From an uncultured delta proteobacterium (lineage in GTDB: Bacteria > Desulfobacterota > Syntrophorhabdia > Syntrophorhabdales > WCHB1-27): a stretch of DNA of 64,000 nt. Below, one piece after another: positions 17,698 through 32,708 of the stretch. A program made the position numbers and the translations under genes. The stretch lies in NCBI GenBank assembly GCA_963810935.1, contig CAWEPK010000003.1, forward strand, positions 32,001 through 96,000, written 5' to 3'. The first letter of the stretch is position 1. The number at the start of each line of letters is the position of its first letter. The notes beneath the pieces were generated by a model that was given only the letters and a program-made list of their open reading frames with translations, made no database searches and was not told the origin of the DNA.

Positions 17698-19763
17698 CAG
17701 GACGGTTCCTTTTCGGGAACTTGCGCGAGCGTGGCCTTCCAAGCTTCTGCGCAGGCGTCGCTCGGGGCGCGCCAGTCGGCTCGCGGAGAGAGGGAGCCGC
17801 CCGACCCTACCTTCGGTCCGTTGGCTATGCAGCTTCGCTTGTACTGGCTCGTCTCGAAGAAGCGGTCGACGAAAACGGAGAGCCAGCGCTTGATCTCGCC
17901 TATGGTGTAAGAGACGCGTTTTGCTTCAGGCACGTCGGGCCACGCGCCCTTGCTCTTGTCGTGCCACGCGGTCCATGAGAGGAAGGCCGCCTTCGGCGGC
18001 GCGTAACCGAAACGGAGTATGTAGTAGAGCGTGAAATCCTGCAGGCTGTACGGCCCGACTACGTCCTCCGAGCGCTGCCCCGGCTCTTCGCTGTTTTCCG
18101 CAGGGATAAGCTCCGGGCTGATCTCCGTGTCGAGGACATCCATAAGGGCCCTGCTCGCCTCAGGCCCGAAGAACTCTTTGTCGGCAACCCAGCGGATAAG
18201 GTACTGGACGAGCGTCTTGGGCACGCTCGAATTTACGTGGTAGTGCGCCATGTGGTCACCCACGCCGTATGTAGACCATCCGAGGGCAAGCTCCGACAAA
18301 TCGCTCGTCCCTACCACGAGGCCGCCCCGCAGGTTGGCAAGCCTGAACAGGTGGCTCGTCCGCTCTCCCGCCTGTACGTTCTCGAAGGTAATGTCATAGA
18401 CAGGCTCAGCCTTAGCAAAGGGGTGACCGATGTCTTTGAACATCTGGAGGCACGACGGCTTTATATCGATCTCTTCGAAGGAGCAGCCCAGCGCGGCAAT
18501 CAGCCTGCGCGCCTGGTCCATCGTGCGGGCGCTCGTCGCAAAACCGGGCAGCAGGCAGGCGATGACGTTCGTCCTCGGCAACCCCCTGACGTCCATGGCC
18601 CGGACTGCCACGATGAGCGCCTGCGTAGAGTCGAGGCCGCCTGATACGCCGATCACGACCTTCTTTATGCGCGCGAAATCGAGCCGCTTTGCCAGCCCCT
18701 GCACCTGTATCTCGTAGACCTCTGCGCACCTGTGGTCCTGACCCTCGACGTCCGACGGCACGAAGGGGAACCGCTCGTAGGCGCGGTCGAGTAAAAGGGC
18801 CTTGTCCCGGGGGACTGCCGCGTCGACGGGGAGCGTGCGGAAGGCCGCGACATCGCCGGCGTGGCGCAGGACCGATTGGCCGAAGCTGTTCTGCCGCATC
18901 CGGTCCTGGCTGAGCCTCTCCAGGTCTACATCGCCGGTCACAAGCTGCGCTTCGTAGGAGAAGCGCTTCGATTCGGCGAGTTTCGTCCCGTTCTCGTAGA
19001 TCATGGCCTGGCCGTCCCAGGCGAGGTCTGTCGTCGATTCGCCGAACCCGGCCGACGTGTATACGTAGGCGGCGATGCAGCCGGCCGACTGGTTGGCGAC
19101 GAGCTGCCGCCTGTACCCTGCCTTACCGACAGTTACATTCGACCCCGACAGGTTGACGAGGACGGTCGCGCCTGCGAGGGCCGCGTAAGACGAAGGCGGG
19201 ATGGGCACCCACAGGTCTTCGCAGATCTCGACGAAGAAGCGCAGGTCCGGCTGGGCGGGCGTCTGAAAAATGAGTTTCGTCCCGAAGGGAACGTCGTGTC
19301 CGAAAAGCGCGATCCGGTCACAGGCCGCGTAGTCCGCCGGCGCGAAGTAGCGCATCTCGTAGTACTCGCGATAATTTGGCAGGTACGTCTTCGGCACGAC
19401 GCCGATGATATTCCCGCCGTAGATGGTTGCCGCGCAGTTGAAAAGAAGGCTGTTCAGGCGGAGCGGCAGGCCGACTACCGTAACAATGGGGACCCCTGCG
19501 GAGGCCTCGGCGACTTTCGAAAGGGCGTCGAGGCAGCCTGCAAGCAGCGCCTCCTGGTGGAAGAGGTCATCGCACGAATAGCCGGCAAGGCCCAGCTCCG
19601 GGAAGGCAACGACGAGCGCGTTTCGCTTCGCCGCCTCTTTCATCAAGGCGATTGTCTGCTCCGCGTTGAAAGCGGGGTTTGCTACGCGGACCGCAGGTAT
19701 CGCAGCGGCTATGCGGACGAAATTATGGTTATAAAGGTTGAAAAACTCACCTTCCTGCACCAT
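17697..19763 (-). CDS. nadE: Glutamine-dependent NAD+ synthetase
   Basis: CN-hydrolase domain (FPEL, PKTYLPNYREY, EICEDLW) plus SGGLDST synthetase motif. Confidence 0.95.
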   Translation of the reverse strand: MVQEGEFFNLYNHNFVRIAAAIPAVRVANPAFNAEQTIALMKEAAKRNALVVAFPELGLAGYSCDDLFHQEALLAGCLDALSKVAEASAGVPIVTVVGLPLRLNSLLFNCAATIYGGNIIGVVPKTYLPNYREYYEMRYFAPADYAACDRIALFGHDVPFGTKLIFQTPAQPDLRFFVEICEDLWVPIPPSSYAALAGATVLVNLSGSNVTVGKAGYRRQLVANQSAGCIAAYVYTSAGFGESTTDLAWDGQAMIYENGTKLAESKRFSYEAQLVTGDVDLERLSQDRMRQNSFGQSVLRHAGDVAAFRTLPVDAAVPRDKALLLDRAYERFPFVPSDVEGQDHRCAEVYEIQVQGLAKRLDFARIKKVVIGVSGGLDSTQALIVAVRAMDVRGLPRTNVIACLLPGFATSARTMDQARRLIAALGCSFEEIDIKPSCLQMFKDIGHPFAKAEPVYDITFENVQAGERTSHLFRLANLRGGLVVGTSDLSELALGWSTYGVGDHMAHYHVNSSVPKTLVQYLIRWVADKEFFGPEASRALMDVLDTEISPELIPAENSEEPGQRSEDVVGPYSLQDFTLYYILRFGYAPPKAAFLSWTAWHDKSKGAWPDVPEAKRVSYTIGEIKRWLSVFVDRFFETSQYKRSCIANGPKVGSGGSLSPRADWRAPSDACAEAWKATLAQVPEKEPS

Positions 19764-19810
19764 CTTCCGTCCTCCGTTGGTTAGGGGCGGTTAAAAGGCG
19801 GACGCCCGCG

Positions 19811-23465
<3,655 letters not shown>

Positions 23466-23476
<11 letters not shown>

Positions 23477-24011
23477 GTTTTATCTTCCATAGGGGGGCAT
23501 AAACGGCGCCGCCCGGCGTCAGCGTGCTGCTGTAAAGAACGAGATGCTCTATCGAGAACGTCTTTCCCTCGATAGGTGGGGGGTCGCCGTCGAGAAACGC
23601 CCTCGGCACCCTCCTCCTCCCCAACGTGATATGGGGCACAAAGCCTCTCTTATCCTTTTCTATGTCCAGGGCCGCAAGCCTCTCTTCAATATCCGCGAAT
23701 ACGGCCTGGGTCTCCGCGATGCCTTCCTGCAGGCCCACCACGATGACCCGCGCGCTCCTTTTGCTGGGGAAGGCATCGAGTTGCCCGAGCCTGGCGGCGA
23801 TGGGGCCATGCAGCCCGCTTATCGGGGCCAGCGCCTCCTGCATGGGCAGCACCATCGATTCGGCGATCTCGCCCAGGAACTTCACCGTTATATGTATGCC
23901 TTCGTTCCTGACCCAGCGCACCCCTTCGGTCCGCTTAGCCAGCCTGTCGATCACGCCCTTCAGGTAGGCGGTGATATCGCCCGGGACGTCGAAGGCGAGG
24001 AACGTCCTCAC
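23466..24011 (-). CDS. thpR: RNA 2',3'-cyclic phosphodiesterase (2H family)
   Basis: Two HxT motifs ([15 protein letters not shown]). Confidence 0.9.
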
Positions 24012-24487
24012 AACTGCCTCCCTTCGAGATAGTCGATCGCGAAAGCGAGCGCCTTGTCAGCGCTTTGTTGTTTTATCGCCGGACGGCCGCCCGTGAGCAT
24101 GTGCCGCCTGACGTAAACCCCTTCCTTGACGGCAAGCCCCATGTAGACCGTCCCGACGGGCTTGTCCGGCAGGCCGCCGCCGGGGCCTGCGATGCCTGTA
24201 ACGGAGAGGCCGATATCTGCGCCTGTCGCTCTTTTGACCCCTTCGGCCATCTTCCCGGCCGTCTCCCGGCTCACCGCCCCTTTTGCGGCAATTGTCTTCT
24301 CCGGCACGGACAGGAACGATTCTTTCGCCGCGTTACTGTACGTCACAAGGCCGGCAAGGAAATAGTCCGAGGACCCCGCTATGTCGGTGATCCTGCTCGA
24401 AATGAGGCCGCCCGTGCAGGATTCCGCGACTGCGATGGTCAGGCCCCTTGCCCGCAACGTCTCGCCCAGCCTTTCCTCGGGGCTCAT
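24008..24487 (-). CDS. pncC: CinA C-terminal / NMN deamidase (PncC)
   Basis: AESCTGG, GAVS, TGIAGPGGG. Confidence 0.9.
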   Translation of the reverse strand: MSPEERLGETLRARGLTIAVAESCTGGLISSRITDIAGSSDYFLAGLVTYSNAAKESFLSVPEKTIAAKGAVSRETAGKMAEGVKRATGADIGLSVTGIAGPGGGLPDKPVGTVYMGLAVKEGVYVRRHMLTGGRPAIKQQSADKALAFAIDYLEGRQL

Positions 24488-24921
24488 AAGAGCTTCTCCA
24501 AAATAAGGAGCGCAACGTTCGCGTAAGCGCCGGCGAGTATGTCGTCCGCGATGATGCCGTAGGCGCCCGGCAGGCGCTCCAGGTTTCTTACCGGATAGGG
24601 TTTTAGTATATCAAAGACGCGGAAGAGAATAAAGGCTTCGATGATCGTCTGGACGGTAAGGACATGACCTCCCAGGGCGATCAGCATGCCGAGCATCTCG
24701 TCCACAACGATGCGGCCCGGGTCCGTTTCCCCCCTCCTTGCCACCTCTACGGCGGGATAAGCCAGGATCGCAACGATAGTTATAACAGCGGGGTTGCCGA
24801 AGGAGGGGATGAGGTAGAGGATGATGCATGTGAGGGCCGAGGCCCACGTGCCCGGCGCGATGGGCAGGTAACCCGAATAACTGCATGTGGCGTACCACTC
24901 GCAGACCCTATCTTTTATCAC
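24484..24921 (-). CDS. pgpA: Phosphatidylglycerophosphatase A
   Basis: [33 protein letters not shown]. Confidence 0.92.
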   Translation of the reverse strand: MIKDRVCEWYATCSYSGYLPIAPGTWASALTCIILYLIPSFGNPAVITIVAILAYPAVEVARRGETDPGRIVVDEMLGMLIALGGHVLTVQTIIEAFILFRVFDILKPYPVRNLERLPGAYGIIADDILAGAYANVALLILEKLL

Positions 24922-25294
24922 CGTAGACCGCTTCCTCGTCGAACACCTTCTCGCCGGCCGTCTCCCAGCCGTCTTTCCATGTCCTGTAGAAGCAACTGAA
25001 ATACCCCGTGTGGCATGCCGCGACCTGCTGGTCGACGACGAGCAGTAGCGTGTCCGCGTCGCAGTCGAGACGGATATTGCGCACTTGCTGGTAGTGGCCG
25101 GACGTCTCCCCCTTGAGCCACAAGGTCTTCCGGGAGCGCGAGTAGTAGTGCGCGCGGCCGGTTTCCTGCGTGAGCTTCAGGGCCTCCGCGTTCATATATG
25201 CGACCATGACGACCTGCCTCGTCTTCTCGTCCTGCACGACTACCGGGACCAGGCCGTTTGCATCCCATTTTATCAATTTGGTTATATCTTCCAT
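24908..25294 (-). CDS. hisI: Phosphoribosyl-AMP cyclohydrolase
   Basis: [27 protein letters not shown]. Confidence 0.95.
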   Translation of the reverse strand: MEDITKLIKWDANGLVPVVVQDEKTRQVVMVAYMNAEALKLTQETGRAHYYSRSRKTLWLKGETSGHYQQVRNIRLDCDADTLLLVVDQQVAACHTGYFSCFYRTWKDGWETAGEKVFDEEAVYGDKR

Positions 25295-25310
25295 ATTCTT
25301 TGCCTCTAGG

Positions 25311-26066
25311 TTACAGCCGGACGTTTACCCCCCTGGATTTCAGGTATTTTTTTGCATCAATCACCGTGTGCTCGCGGTAGTGGAAGATCGAGGCAGCGAG
25401 CACCGCGTCGGCCTTTCCGTCGACGAGGCCTTCATACATGTGCTCGAGCGTCCCGACTCCGCCGGAGGCGATAACGGGTATATTGACCGCCTCCGAGATC
25501 GTCCTCGTCAGCGGTATGTGGTAGCCGATCTTGGTGCCGTCCCTGTCCATGCTCGTAAGGAGTATCTCGCCTGCGCCGAGGCCTTGCGCTTTTTTCGCCC
25601 ATTCGACCGCGTCGACGCCCGTGGCCTTTCGGCCTCCGTACGTGTAAACCTCGTAGCCGTCTCCTTTTGCCTTTGCGTCGATGGCTACGCAGATGCACTG
25701 GCTGCCGAAAATCTCGCTTGACCGGGCTATGATGTCCGGGTCCTCGACTGCGGCCGTGTTGATAGTCACTTTGTCCGCCCCCGCGAGGAGTATGTCCCTT
25801 ATGTCGTCGAGGCCCCGTATCCCGCCGCCTACCGTAAGGGGCATGAAGACCTCCGCGGCTACCGCCTCGACTACGTTGATGATTGTCTTCCTCGACTCGT
25901 GGGACGCGGTTATGTCGAGGAAGCACAGCTCGTCCGCCATCTGCTCCTCGTATGCCTTTGCGTTCTCGACAGGCCCGCCTGCGTCCTTCAGGTCGATGAA
26001 GTTCGTACCCTTCACGACCCTTCCTTCCTTGACGTCGAGGCAGGGGATGATCCGTTTAGTCAGCAT
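25311..26066 (-). CDS. hisF: Imidazole glycerol phosphate synthase, cyclase subunit
   Basis: [22 protein letters not shown]. Confidence 0.97.
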   Translation of the reverse strand: MLTKRIIPCLDVKEGRVVKGTNFIDLKDAGGPVENAKAYEEQMADELCFLDITASHESRKTIINVVEAVAAEVFMPLTVGGGIRGLDDIRDILLAGADKVTINTAAVEDPDIIARSSEIFGSQCICVAIDAKAKGDGYEVYTYGGRKATGVDAVEWAKKAQGLGAGEILLTSMDRDGTKIGYHIPLTRTISEAVNIPVIASGGVGTLEHMYEGLVDGKADAVLAASIFHYREHTVIDAKKYLKSRGVNVRL

Positions 26067-26763
26067 AACTCATTGCCTCCCCGATGCCGATGCGCCCTTC
26101 GTAAAACGCCTTGCCGACGATTGCGGCCCAGACGTCCAAGTCTTTGAGCGCCTTCAAATCGTCGATGCCCGCCACCCCGCCGCTGGCTATGACGGGGAGG
26201 TCCGTCATCGATTTTATTTTTTTCAGGCCGGCGTAATCCGCGCCTGTCAGCATACCGTCTCTCGCGATGTTCGTGCACAGGAGCGCCATGATGCCCACCC
26301 TGCGGGCGTCTTCCAGGGTCTTTTCCAGCGTGACGGCGGCAGCCTCTTTCCAGCCTTTCACCATCAGCTTGCCCTCGTACGTGTCGAGGCCGAGCACGAT
26401 GTTGCGCCAGGCGGCGAGGCCTTCGAAGAAGACGGGGTCCGTAAGCGCCCTCGTCCCTACGATCAGGCCGTTCACGCCTGCGGCCTGGTATGCGGCTATA
26501 TCTTCCGTGGAGCGGATGCCGCCCCCGACTTCCAGGTAGCCCGCAATTTTTTCGCGGATCGCCTCTATCACGGGGCGGTGCGCTGCGCTGCCCGTCCGCG
26601 CGCCGTCCAAGTCGATCACGTGGAAGTCGCGCGCGCCTTCGGCAGTCATGCGCCCGATCATCGCGGCCGGGTCGCCGCCGTAGACGGTCATCCGCTCGAA
26701 GTCGCCCCGGACGAGCCTGACAAAGCGCCCGCCTGATAAATCCATCGCAAAGAGTATCTTCAC
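26056..26763 (-). CDS. hisA: ProFAR isomerase
   Basis: [25 protein letters not shown]. Confidence 0.92.
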   Translation of the reverse strand: MKILFAMDLSGGRFVRLVRGDFERMTVYGGDPAAMIGRMTAEGARDFHVIDLDGARTGSAAHRPVIEAIREKIAGYLEVGGGIRSTEDIAAYQAAGVNGLIVGTRALTDPVFFEGLAAWRNIVLGLDTYEGKLMVKGWKEAAAVTLEKTLEDARRVGIMALLCTNIARDGMLTGADYAGLKKIKSMTDLPVIASGGVAGIDDLKALKDLDVWAAIVGKAFYEGRIGIGEAMSYAD

Positions 26764-27302
26764 TGCCCTTCTGCCTGGCGGCCAGGCGCAAGCTCCTGCG
26801 CCATGCTGTCGAGCGCCTTATCGACGCCCTCTCGCGCAAGCGCCTCCGCAGTGATCCACTTCGCCCCGCGCCGCAGGAAAGTAAAGAAGCCGAAGACGTT
26901 CTCGGAGAGCGCCTGCTGCGTCTCCTGGAAGACATAAACCTTCAGGAGGCCTCCGGGGCCGATGAGGTGGACGTGGTAGCCTACGCTCGCAGGCCGCTCC
27001 ACCGAAAAATTGCCGCCCCTGCGCTGCTGGAAGCGGTAAACGAGCACGTTGAGGTAGCTCGTCTCCCCCTGTTCCGTCGTAAACGATATGCCTCTTTCCC
27101 GGAGTGCGCTGCCGAACTCCGTTGAAAGCACGGTCTCCGCGTCTTCGTGTACGCCCCCCGGCACGATCACCCGGTGGCAGATAGGGCAGACGTTCGTCTC
27201 CGTATCCGCGAGCCGCTCTACGTAGAGCCCCAGGGCTGAGGCGCCGCCGGCCAGCCCCAGAAGCATGACGAGCATCATGACTATCGGTCTTGCTACGCGC
27301 AT
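26760..27302 (-). CDS. Hypothetical exported protein with CPxC motif inside the his operon
   Basis: ATG at 27302, signal-like N-terminus; overlaps the hisH stop and the hisA start. Confidence 0.7.
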   Translation of the reverse strand: MRVARPIVMMLVMLLGLAGGASALGLYVERLADTETNVCPICHRVIVPGGVHEDAETVLSTEFGSALRERGISFTTEQGETSYLNVLVYRFQQRRGGNFSVERPASVGYHVHLIGPGGLLKVYVFQETQQALSENVFGFFTFLRRGAKWITAEALAREGVDKALDSMAQELAPGRQAEGQ

Positions 27303-27898
27303 AAGCGCACAAAATTCCTCAGGAGCTGCATGCCGATGGCCTGGCTTTTCTCGGGATGGTACTGGCAGGCGAAGATGTTCTCCTTCTGCAGCGCCGAGGT
27401 GAACCGCCCGCCGTAATCGGTAAACGTGGCGGTGACCGGCTCCTCCGGCGACGGATAGTAGGAGTGGACGAAATAGAAGTAGGAGCCGTCGGCGACGCCG
27501 TCGAACATGGGCGACGGCTTTGCGATCTCCACGTTGTTCCAGCCCATGTGGGGTATCTTCATGTCGCCCTTGAAACGGACCACCCGGCCCCGGATCACGG
27601 ACATGCCTTCGACCCCCGGCGCCTCTTCGGATGAATCGAGGAGGATCTGCATGCCGAGGCAGATGCCGAGATACGGCTTGCCGGCCGCAATCGCTTCCTT
27701 GATGACGTCTATAAGGCCCGAGTTCCTCAGGTTCTCCATGCACTTGCCGAAGGCGCCTACGCCCGGCAGCACGAGGCCGGCTGCTTCCCTGACGGTACTA
27801 GCGTCGCTCGTTATCATGATGGGAGCGTCGAGGCGCCTGAAGGCGTTCGTAACGCTCCTCAGGTTCCCCATCCCGTAGTCGATTATTGCTATCATCAC
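27293..27898 (-). CDS. hisH: IGP synthase glutaminase subunit
   Basis: DYGMGNL, LPGVGAF, GICLGMQ, PHMGWN, QYHPEKS. Confidence 0.96.
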   Translation of the reverse strand: MMIAIIDYGMGNLRSVTNAFRRLDAPIMITSDASTVREAAGLVLPGVGAFGKCMENLRNSGLIDVIKEAIAAGKPYLGICLGMQILLDSSEEAPGVEGMSVIRGRVVRFKGDMKIPHMGWNNVEIAKPSPMFDGVADGSYFYFVHSYYPSPEEPVTATFTDYGGRFTSALQKENIFACQYHPEKSQAIGMQLLRNFVRLCA

Positions 27899-28479
27899 AG
27901 GCAGCCTTTTGTCGAGAGCGCTCCCTTCACCCTTTCGTCGCAGGTCACCGCGTCCCGCAGCGCCCTTCCGGAGGCCTTGAATATCGCTTCGATCTTATGG
28001 TGCAGGTTTTCGCCTGCCATGAGGTTCACGTGGAGGGTGATGCGCGCCTCGTTCGCGAAGCCCCTGAAAAATTCCTTTATCACCTCGCCGTCGAAGGAGC
28101 CCACCTTGCCGTTGATATCTCCCTGCCAGAAAAGGCCCGGCCTGCCGGAGAGGTCTACGGCGACCATGCAGAGCGCCTCGTCCATGGGCAGCACGCAGTG
28201 GCCGAACCGCCTTATGCCTTCGAACGCGGGCAGCGCCTCCCGCAATGCCTTCCCGAGGGTGATGCCCGTATCCTCGATCGTGTGGTGCGAGTCGATATCG
28301 ATGTCGCCGACTGCTTCTATGGTGAGGTCGAAGAAGCCGTGCCTGGCGAAAAGCTCCAGCATGTGGTTGAAGAAGGGGACCCCTGTAGACACCTTGTAGG
28401 TGCCGCTGCCGTCGAGCTTCCAGCCGACCTTTATCCGGGTCTCGTTCGTCTTCCGCTTGACTTCCGATTTCCTCTTCAT
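27895..28479 (-). CDS. hisB: Imidazoleglycerol-phosphate dehydratase
   Basis: RKTNET, HHTIED, NLHHKIEAIFK, STKG. Confidence 0.96.
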   Translation of the reverse strand: MKRKSEVKRKTNETRIKVGWKLDGSGTYKVSTGVPFFNHMLELFARHGFFDLTIEAVGDIDIDSHHTIEDTGITLGKALREALPAFEGIRRFGHCVLPMDEALCMVAVDLSGRPGLFWQGDINGKVGSFDGEVIKEFFRGFANEARITLHVNLMAGENLHHKIEAIFKASGRALRDAVTCDERVKGALSTKGCL

Positions 28480-28488
28480 CGCCTCCCC

Positions 28489-29358
28489 CTAGAGTATAAC
28501 CTTATTCAGCGGATATTCCACGATGCCCGTGGCCCCCGCCCTGCGCAGGGTCGGTATGATGTCCCGCACTATGTTCTCGTCGATGATCACCTCTATCGCG
28601 ACCCATTCCCCGTCTGCCAGGCCCGAAACCGTAGGCGTGTGCAGGGAAGGGAGGATGCGCGTCACGGCGGCCAGCTTGTTCTTCGGGATATTCATCTTGA
28701 GGCCGACCTTCCCGTCGGCCAGAAGCGCCGCGTCGAGGAGCATGACCAGGTTTTCGATCTTCGTCTTTTTCCACTTGTTCTGCATGGCCGCCTTGTTGGC
28801 GATCACGACGGTTTCCGATTCGAGTATCGTCTCTATGATGCGCAGGTTGTTTGCCACAAGAGAGGCGCCCGTCTCCGTCACCTCGACGATGGCGTCTGCC
28901 AGCCGCGGCGGCTTCGCCTCCGTCGCGCCCCATGAATACTCGACGACTGCGTCGATCTTCTGCGATTTGAGGTAGCGCGTCGTAAAGCCGACGAGCTCGG
29001 TCGCGATCTTCTTTCCCTTAAGGCCCGAAATGCTCTTTATGGGTGAATCGACCGGCACGGCCACGACCCACTTGACGGCCCGGAAGCCGACTTTGCCGTA
29101 GCGCAGTCGCGCCACTTCGACGACCTTGGCGTTCTGTTCGAGCACCCAGTCGAGGCCCGTGATCCCCATGTCCAGGATGCCGTTCTCGACGTAGCGCCCC
29201 ATCTCCTGCGCCCTTATTACGAGCCCTTCGAGCTCGGGGTCGTCGATATCCGGCACGTAGGAGCGCTCACGCAGCTTCACGTGATACCCGGCGTTCTTGA
29301 AAAGCCTGAGCGTGCTCTCCTGCAAGCTCCCTTTCGGTATGCCTATCTTCAATATCAA
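28489..29358 (-). CDS. hisG: ATP phosphoribosyltransferase (long form)
   Basis: IPKGSL, GITGLD, SWGATE, TETGASL, plus C-terminal regulatory domain; TTG start inferred. Confidence 0.93.
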   Translation of the reverse strand: MILKIGIPKGSLQESTLRLFKNAGYHVKLRERSYVPDIDDPELEGLVIRAQEMGRYVENGILDMGITGLDWVLEQNAKVVEVARLRYGKVGFRAVKWVVAVPVDSPIKSISGLKGKKIATELVGFTTRYLKSQKIDAVVEYSWGATEAKPPRLADAIVEVTETGASLVANNLRIIETILESETVVIANKAAMQNKWKKTKIENLVMLLDAALLADGKVGLKMNIPKNKLAAVTRILPSLHTPTVSGLADGEWVAIEVIIDENIVRDIIPTLRRAGATGIVEYPLNKVIL

Positions 29359-29360
29359 CT

Positions 29361-30635
29361 CTAAAGCTCCTTTCTCGCCCTTATCGCCTCGCCGTGCGCA
29401 TACAACCCTTCCGTATCTGCGAGCCGGGCAGCCCATTCCCCGTGTTTTGCGAGGAATGACTCATCTATCTTAACCAAAACCTGCCTCTTTGTAAATCGTT
29501 CCACGGAAAGCCCCGATGAGAACCTGCCCGCCCCGCCCGTAGGCAGCACGTGGTTCGTGCCTATCGCGTAATCGCCCATGGCTACAGGCGTAAGAGGGCC
29601 GATGTAAGTGACGCCCGCGTAGCGGATGCGCTCGGCCAGCTTTTCGTCGCCTATCACTTCCAGGTGCTCGGGCGCTATGCGGTCGATTGCGCGGATCGCA
29701 TCCTCGACGCTCGTGTAATGGACCAAAAAACCGTTCTTGGCCAGCGCCCGCTCCACGATGGCCCGCCGCTTGTTGCCGCCGATGAGGCGCTCCATGCACT
29801 TGAGCAGGCCGTAGAGCTCTTCCTGGGAAGGGGAGAAAAGTCCGACCGTCGCCATCTCGTCATGCTCCGCCTGCGAAAAGAGGTCCCATGCGAGCGCATC
29901 CGCGCTCATGCGTTCCTCGGCAAGGATGATAAGCTCGCTCGGGCCTGCGAGCATGTCGATGCCGACTGTGCCGTAGACGTCCCTTTTCGCCTCTTCGACG
30001 TATGCGTTGCCCGGCCCCACGATCATGTCGACTTTGGGTATCGAGCCGACGCCGTAGGCGAACGCGTAAATTGCCTGCGCTCCGCCGATACGGTAAAGGC
30101 CGGTGACGTTAAGGAGCTTCGCTGCAGCGGCGATGTGCGGGTTGATCGCCCCGTCATGGGCGGGTGTCGTCGCATAAATCCTCTCGACCCCCGCAATCCG
30201 GGCCGGCACGGCCCCCATTACGAGGCTCGAAGGGTAGGGCGCAGTGCCGCCGGGCACATAGACGAGGGCCGTCTCGACCGGCACGGGCCGGTCCGTCACT
30301 TTAAGGCCCTGCCTCCTATACGTGCGCACCCGCTGCCGCTGGCTGCGGTGAAAGAGGGTCACATTGCGTATCATCGCCTGGAGGGCAAGCTTCTCTTCTT
30401 TGCCGATGCCGGAGGCGCACGCCTCGATCTCTTCGTCGCTTACCTTAAGGGGGTAGTCGCGCGTCCAGCCGTCGAATTGCCTGCCATATGCGCACAGGGC
30501 GGCCTCACCTTTCTCGACAACCCCGGCCTTTATGGCCGCGACCCTTCCTCTGACATCCGCCTTCCGCCCCTCTCTCGCAGAACAGACCGCTTCGATGAAG
30601 GCGTCGAATTCGCTCTCAAGATGCCAGATTTTCAT
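29361..30635 (-). CDS. hisD: Histidinol dehydrogenase
   Basis: [37 protein letters not shown]. Confidence 0.95.
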   Translation of the reverse strand: MKIWHLESEFDAFIEAVCSAREGRKADVRGRVAAIKAGVVEKGEAALCAYGRQFDGWTRDYPLKVSDEEIEACASGIGKEEKLALQAMIRNVTLFHRSQRQRVRTYRRQGLKVTDRPVPVETALVYVPGGTAPYPSSLVMGAVPARIAGVERIYATTPAHDGAINPHIAAAAKLLNVTGLYRIGGAQAIYAFAYGVGSIPKVDMIVGPGNAYVEEAKRDVYGTVGIDMLAGPSELIILAEERMSADALAWDLFSQAEHDEMATVGLFSPSQEELYGLLKCMERLIGGNKRRAIVERALAKNGFLVHYTSVEDAIRAIDRIAPEHLEVIGDEKLAERIRYAGVTYIGPLTPVAMGDYAIGTNHVLPTGGAGRFSSGLSVERFTKRQVLVKIDESFLAKHGEWAARLADTEGLYAHGEAIRARKEL

Positions 30636-31890
30636 CCTTCCTCCTCTCGATGCGCGCGCCGAGGCTGCGCAGTTTCTTTTCTATCGCCTCGTAACCCCTG
30701 TCTATGTGGTAGATGCGGGAGACTTCCGTAGTTCCGTAGGCGCAAAGCCCCGCCAGGATAAGCGAGGCGCTCGCCCGGAGGTCCGTCGCCATCACCTTTG
30801 CGCCCTGGAGGCTCTTCACCCCTTTGACTATGGCCGTATTGCCCATAACCTGCACGTCGGCGCCCATCCTCCGCAGCTCCGCGGCGTGCATCATCCTGTT
30901 TTCGAAGATCGTCTCGCTGATCACGCTGACCCCGCCGGTTATGCACATCAGGGCCATTACCTGGGCCTGCATGTCCGTAGGGAACCCGGGGTAGGCCAGT
31001 GTTTTGGCGTCGAACGCCATGGGCCTCTTCCTCGTCATGGACGCGTTAAGCGCGTCTCCTTTCTCCTCTATCTCCATGCCTGCTTCCCTCAGCTTCTCGA
31101 TCACCGCCTTCAGGTGGTCCGCCCTGGCGTCTTCAAGGGTGACGCTGCCGCGCGTGATGCCGCAGCCTACGAGGAAGGTCCCCGCCTCTATGCGGTCGGG
31201 GATGACCTTGTGGTCGCACGTCGTAAGCCCGTCGACGCCTTTTATCCGCAGGGTCTCGGTGCCGACGCCGTCGATCTGCGCGCCCATCTTTACGAGCATG
31301 TCGGCCAGGTCTACCACCTCCGGCTCCCGCGCGGCGTTCTGGATGATCGTCTCGCCCTCCGCCAGCACCGCGGCCATCAAAATATTCTCCGTGCCCCCTA
31401 CCGTGGACGAGTCGAAGGCCACCTTGCCGCCGCGGAGCTTGTCCGCCCTTACGTCTACGTAGCCCTCGTGGATGCGCACGTCGCAGCCTAACTGGGCAAG
31501 CCCCTTCAGATGGAGGTCGATGGGCCGGACCCCGATGGCGCACCCGCCGGGATACGAGACGACTGCGCGCTTCAGCCTTCCGACGAGGGCGCCGAGGACG
31601 AGGACGGAAGCCCGCATCTCCTTCACCATCTCGTACGGGGCCGTATAGTTCTGCGCGGCCGTGGTATCGACAATAAGCTCGCTGTCTCCCGTACGCTCGC
31701 ACTTCGCGCCAATGAAGGAAAGGAGCTTAACCATGGAGCCCACGTCGCGTAAGGCCGGGACGGACGTTATCCTGTACGCGCCTTCGGCGAGCAGGGTTGC
31801 CGCCAGCACGGGGAGCACCGCGTTTTTCGACCCGCTCACCCGGACGGAGCCCCTAAGACGCTCGCCGCCTTCTATTACAAACTTTTCCAT
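30616..31890 (-). CDS. murA: UDP-N-acetylglucosamine 1-carboxyvinyltransferase
   Basis: SGSKNA, PGGCAIGVRPID, YPGFPTD, DLRASA. Confidence 0.97.
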   Translation of the reverse strand: MEKFVIEGGERLRGSVRVSGSKNAVLPVLAATLLAEGAYRITSVPALRDVGSMVKLLSFIGAKCERTGDSELIVDTTAAQNYTAPYEMVKEMRASVLVLGALVGRLKRAVVSYPGGCAIGVRPIDLHLKGLAQLGCDVRIHEGYVDVRADKLRGGKVAFDSSTVGGTENILMAAVLAEGETIIQNAAREPEVVDLADMLVKMGAQIDGVGTETLRIKGVDGLTTCDHKVIPDRIEAGTFLVGCGITRGSVTLEDARADHLKAVIEKLREAGMEIEEKGDALNASMTRKRPMAFDAKTLAYPGFPTDMQAQVMALMCITGGVSVISETIFENRMMHAAELRRMGADVQVMGNTAIVKGVKSLQGAKVMATDLRASASLILAGLCAYGTTEVSRIYHIDRGYEAIEKKLRSLGARIERRKDENLAS

Positions 31891-32702
31891 AACCCCCTCA
31901 AAAGTCTCTGCCGCCCTGCGAGGTCAGCCAGGACCGCAGTCTCGAAGCCTGCGTCCTGGAGGCGCGCGCTTAAAGACGCGCCTTGAGCATCGCCGCCTAT
32001 CTCAAAAAGCACCGACGCGCCCGGCGCCAGGTGCGCAGGCATTTCGGAAATGCACCGCTCGTAGCTTTCCGTGCCGGCCGCGCCCGCGACGAGGGCACAC
32101 TTCGGCTCGAAGCCCCTGACGTCCACCATCAGCCCGTCCCACTCGCAAGCAGCCACGTACGGCAGGTTCGCGCAGACAAGGTCGAATACCGTTCCTTCCT
32201 TAAGCGCGGAGAAGAGGTCCGACGCGCAGAAGCTCACGCGTTCCCGGACGCTTAAGCGCCGGGCGTTCTTGTCTGCGACTGCAAGCGCCCCCGGTGAGAT
32301 ATCGACGCACGTTACGGAAGCGGCGCCCGCCTTCGCAAGGAGTATGCCTATGATGCCCGACCCCGTCCCCATATCGAGGACGCGAGAGGTCCTTTTTCGC
32401 CGGACGATCTCCATCGCCTCTTCGACGAGAAGTTCCGTCTCGGGCCTCGGTATGAGGACCCGCTCGTCCACGTAGAACGTCTCGGAGAAGAACTCCCGGC
32501 GGTTCGTCAGGTACGCAACGGGCCTGCCTTTCCGCCTTTCCCCGACAAGCCGGCCTATCGTTCCCGCTTCCCGGGGGTTGAGGGTCCGCTCGGACGCCGC
32601 CAGCACCCCCTCGGTCGTAAGGCCGAGAGCTGATGCGACGATCGCCAGAACGTCGACCCTGGGCAGGTCCTTTTCTGAAAGAAGTATTTCCTTAATGCGC
32701 AA
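31875..32702 (-). CDS. prmC: Release factor glutamine methyltransferase
   Basis: VLIPRPETE, DMGTGSG, NLPY; follows prfA. Confidence 0.92.
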   Translation of the reverse strand: MRIKEILLSEKDLPRVDVLAIVASALGLTTEGVLAASERTLNPREAGTIGRLVGERRKGRPVAYLTNRREFFSETFYVDERVLIPRPETELLVEEAMEIVRRKRTSRVLDMGTGSGIIGILLAKAGAASVTCVDISPGALAVADKNARRLSVRERVSFCASDLFSALKEGTVFDLVCANLPYVAACEWDGLMVDVRGFEPKCALVAGAAGTESYERCISEMPAHLAPGASVLFEIGGDAQGASLSARLQDAGFETAVLADLAGRQRLLRGLWKSL

Positions 32703-32708
32703 AGCGTT

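Noticed and set aside
17697..19763. Glutamine-dependent nadE as part of the sigma/ANTAR nitrogen regulon
   Set aside because: No promoter motif or leader upstream; it sits at the end of the housekeeping run
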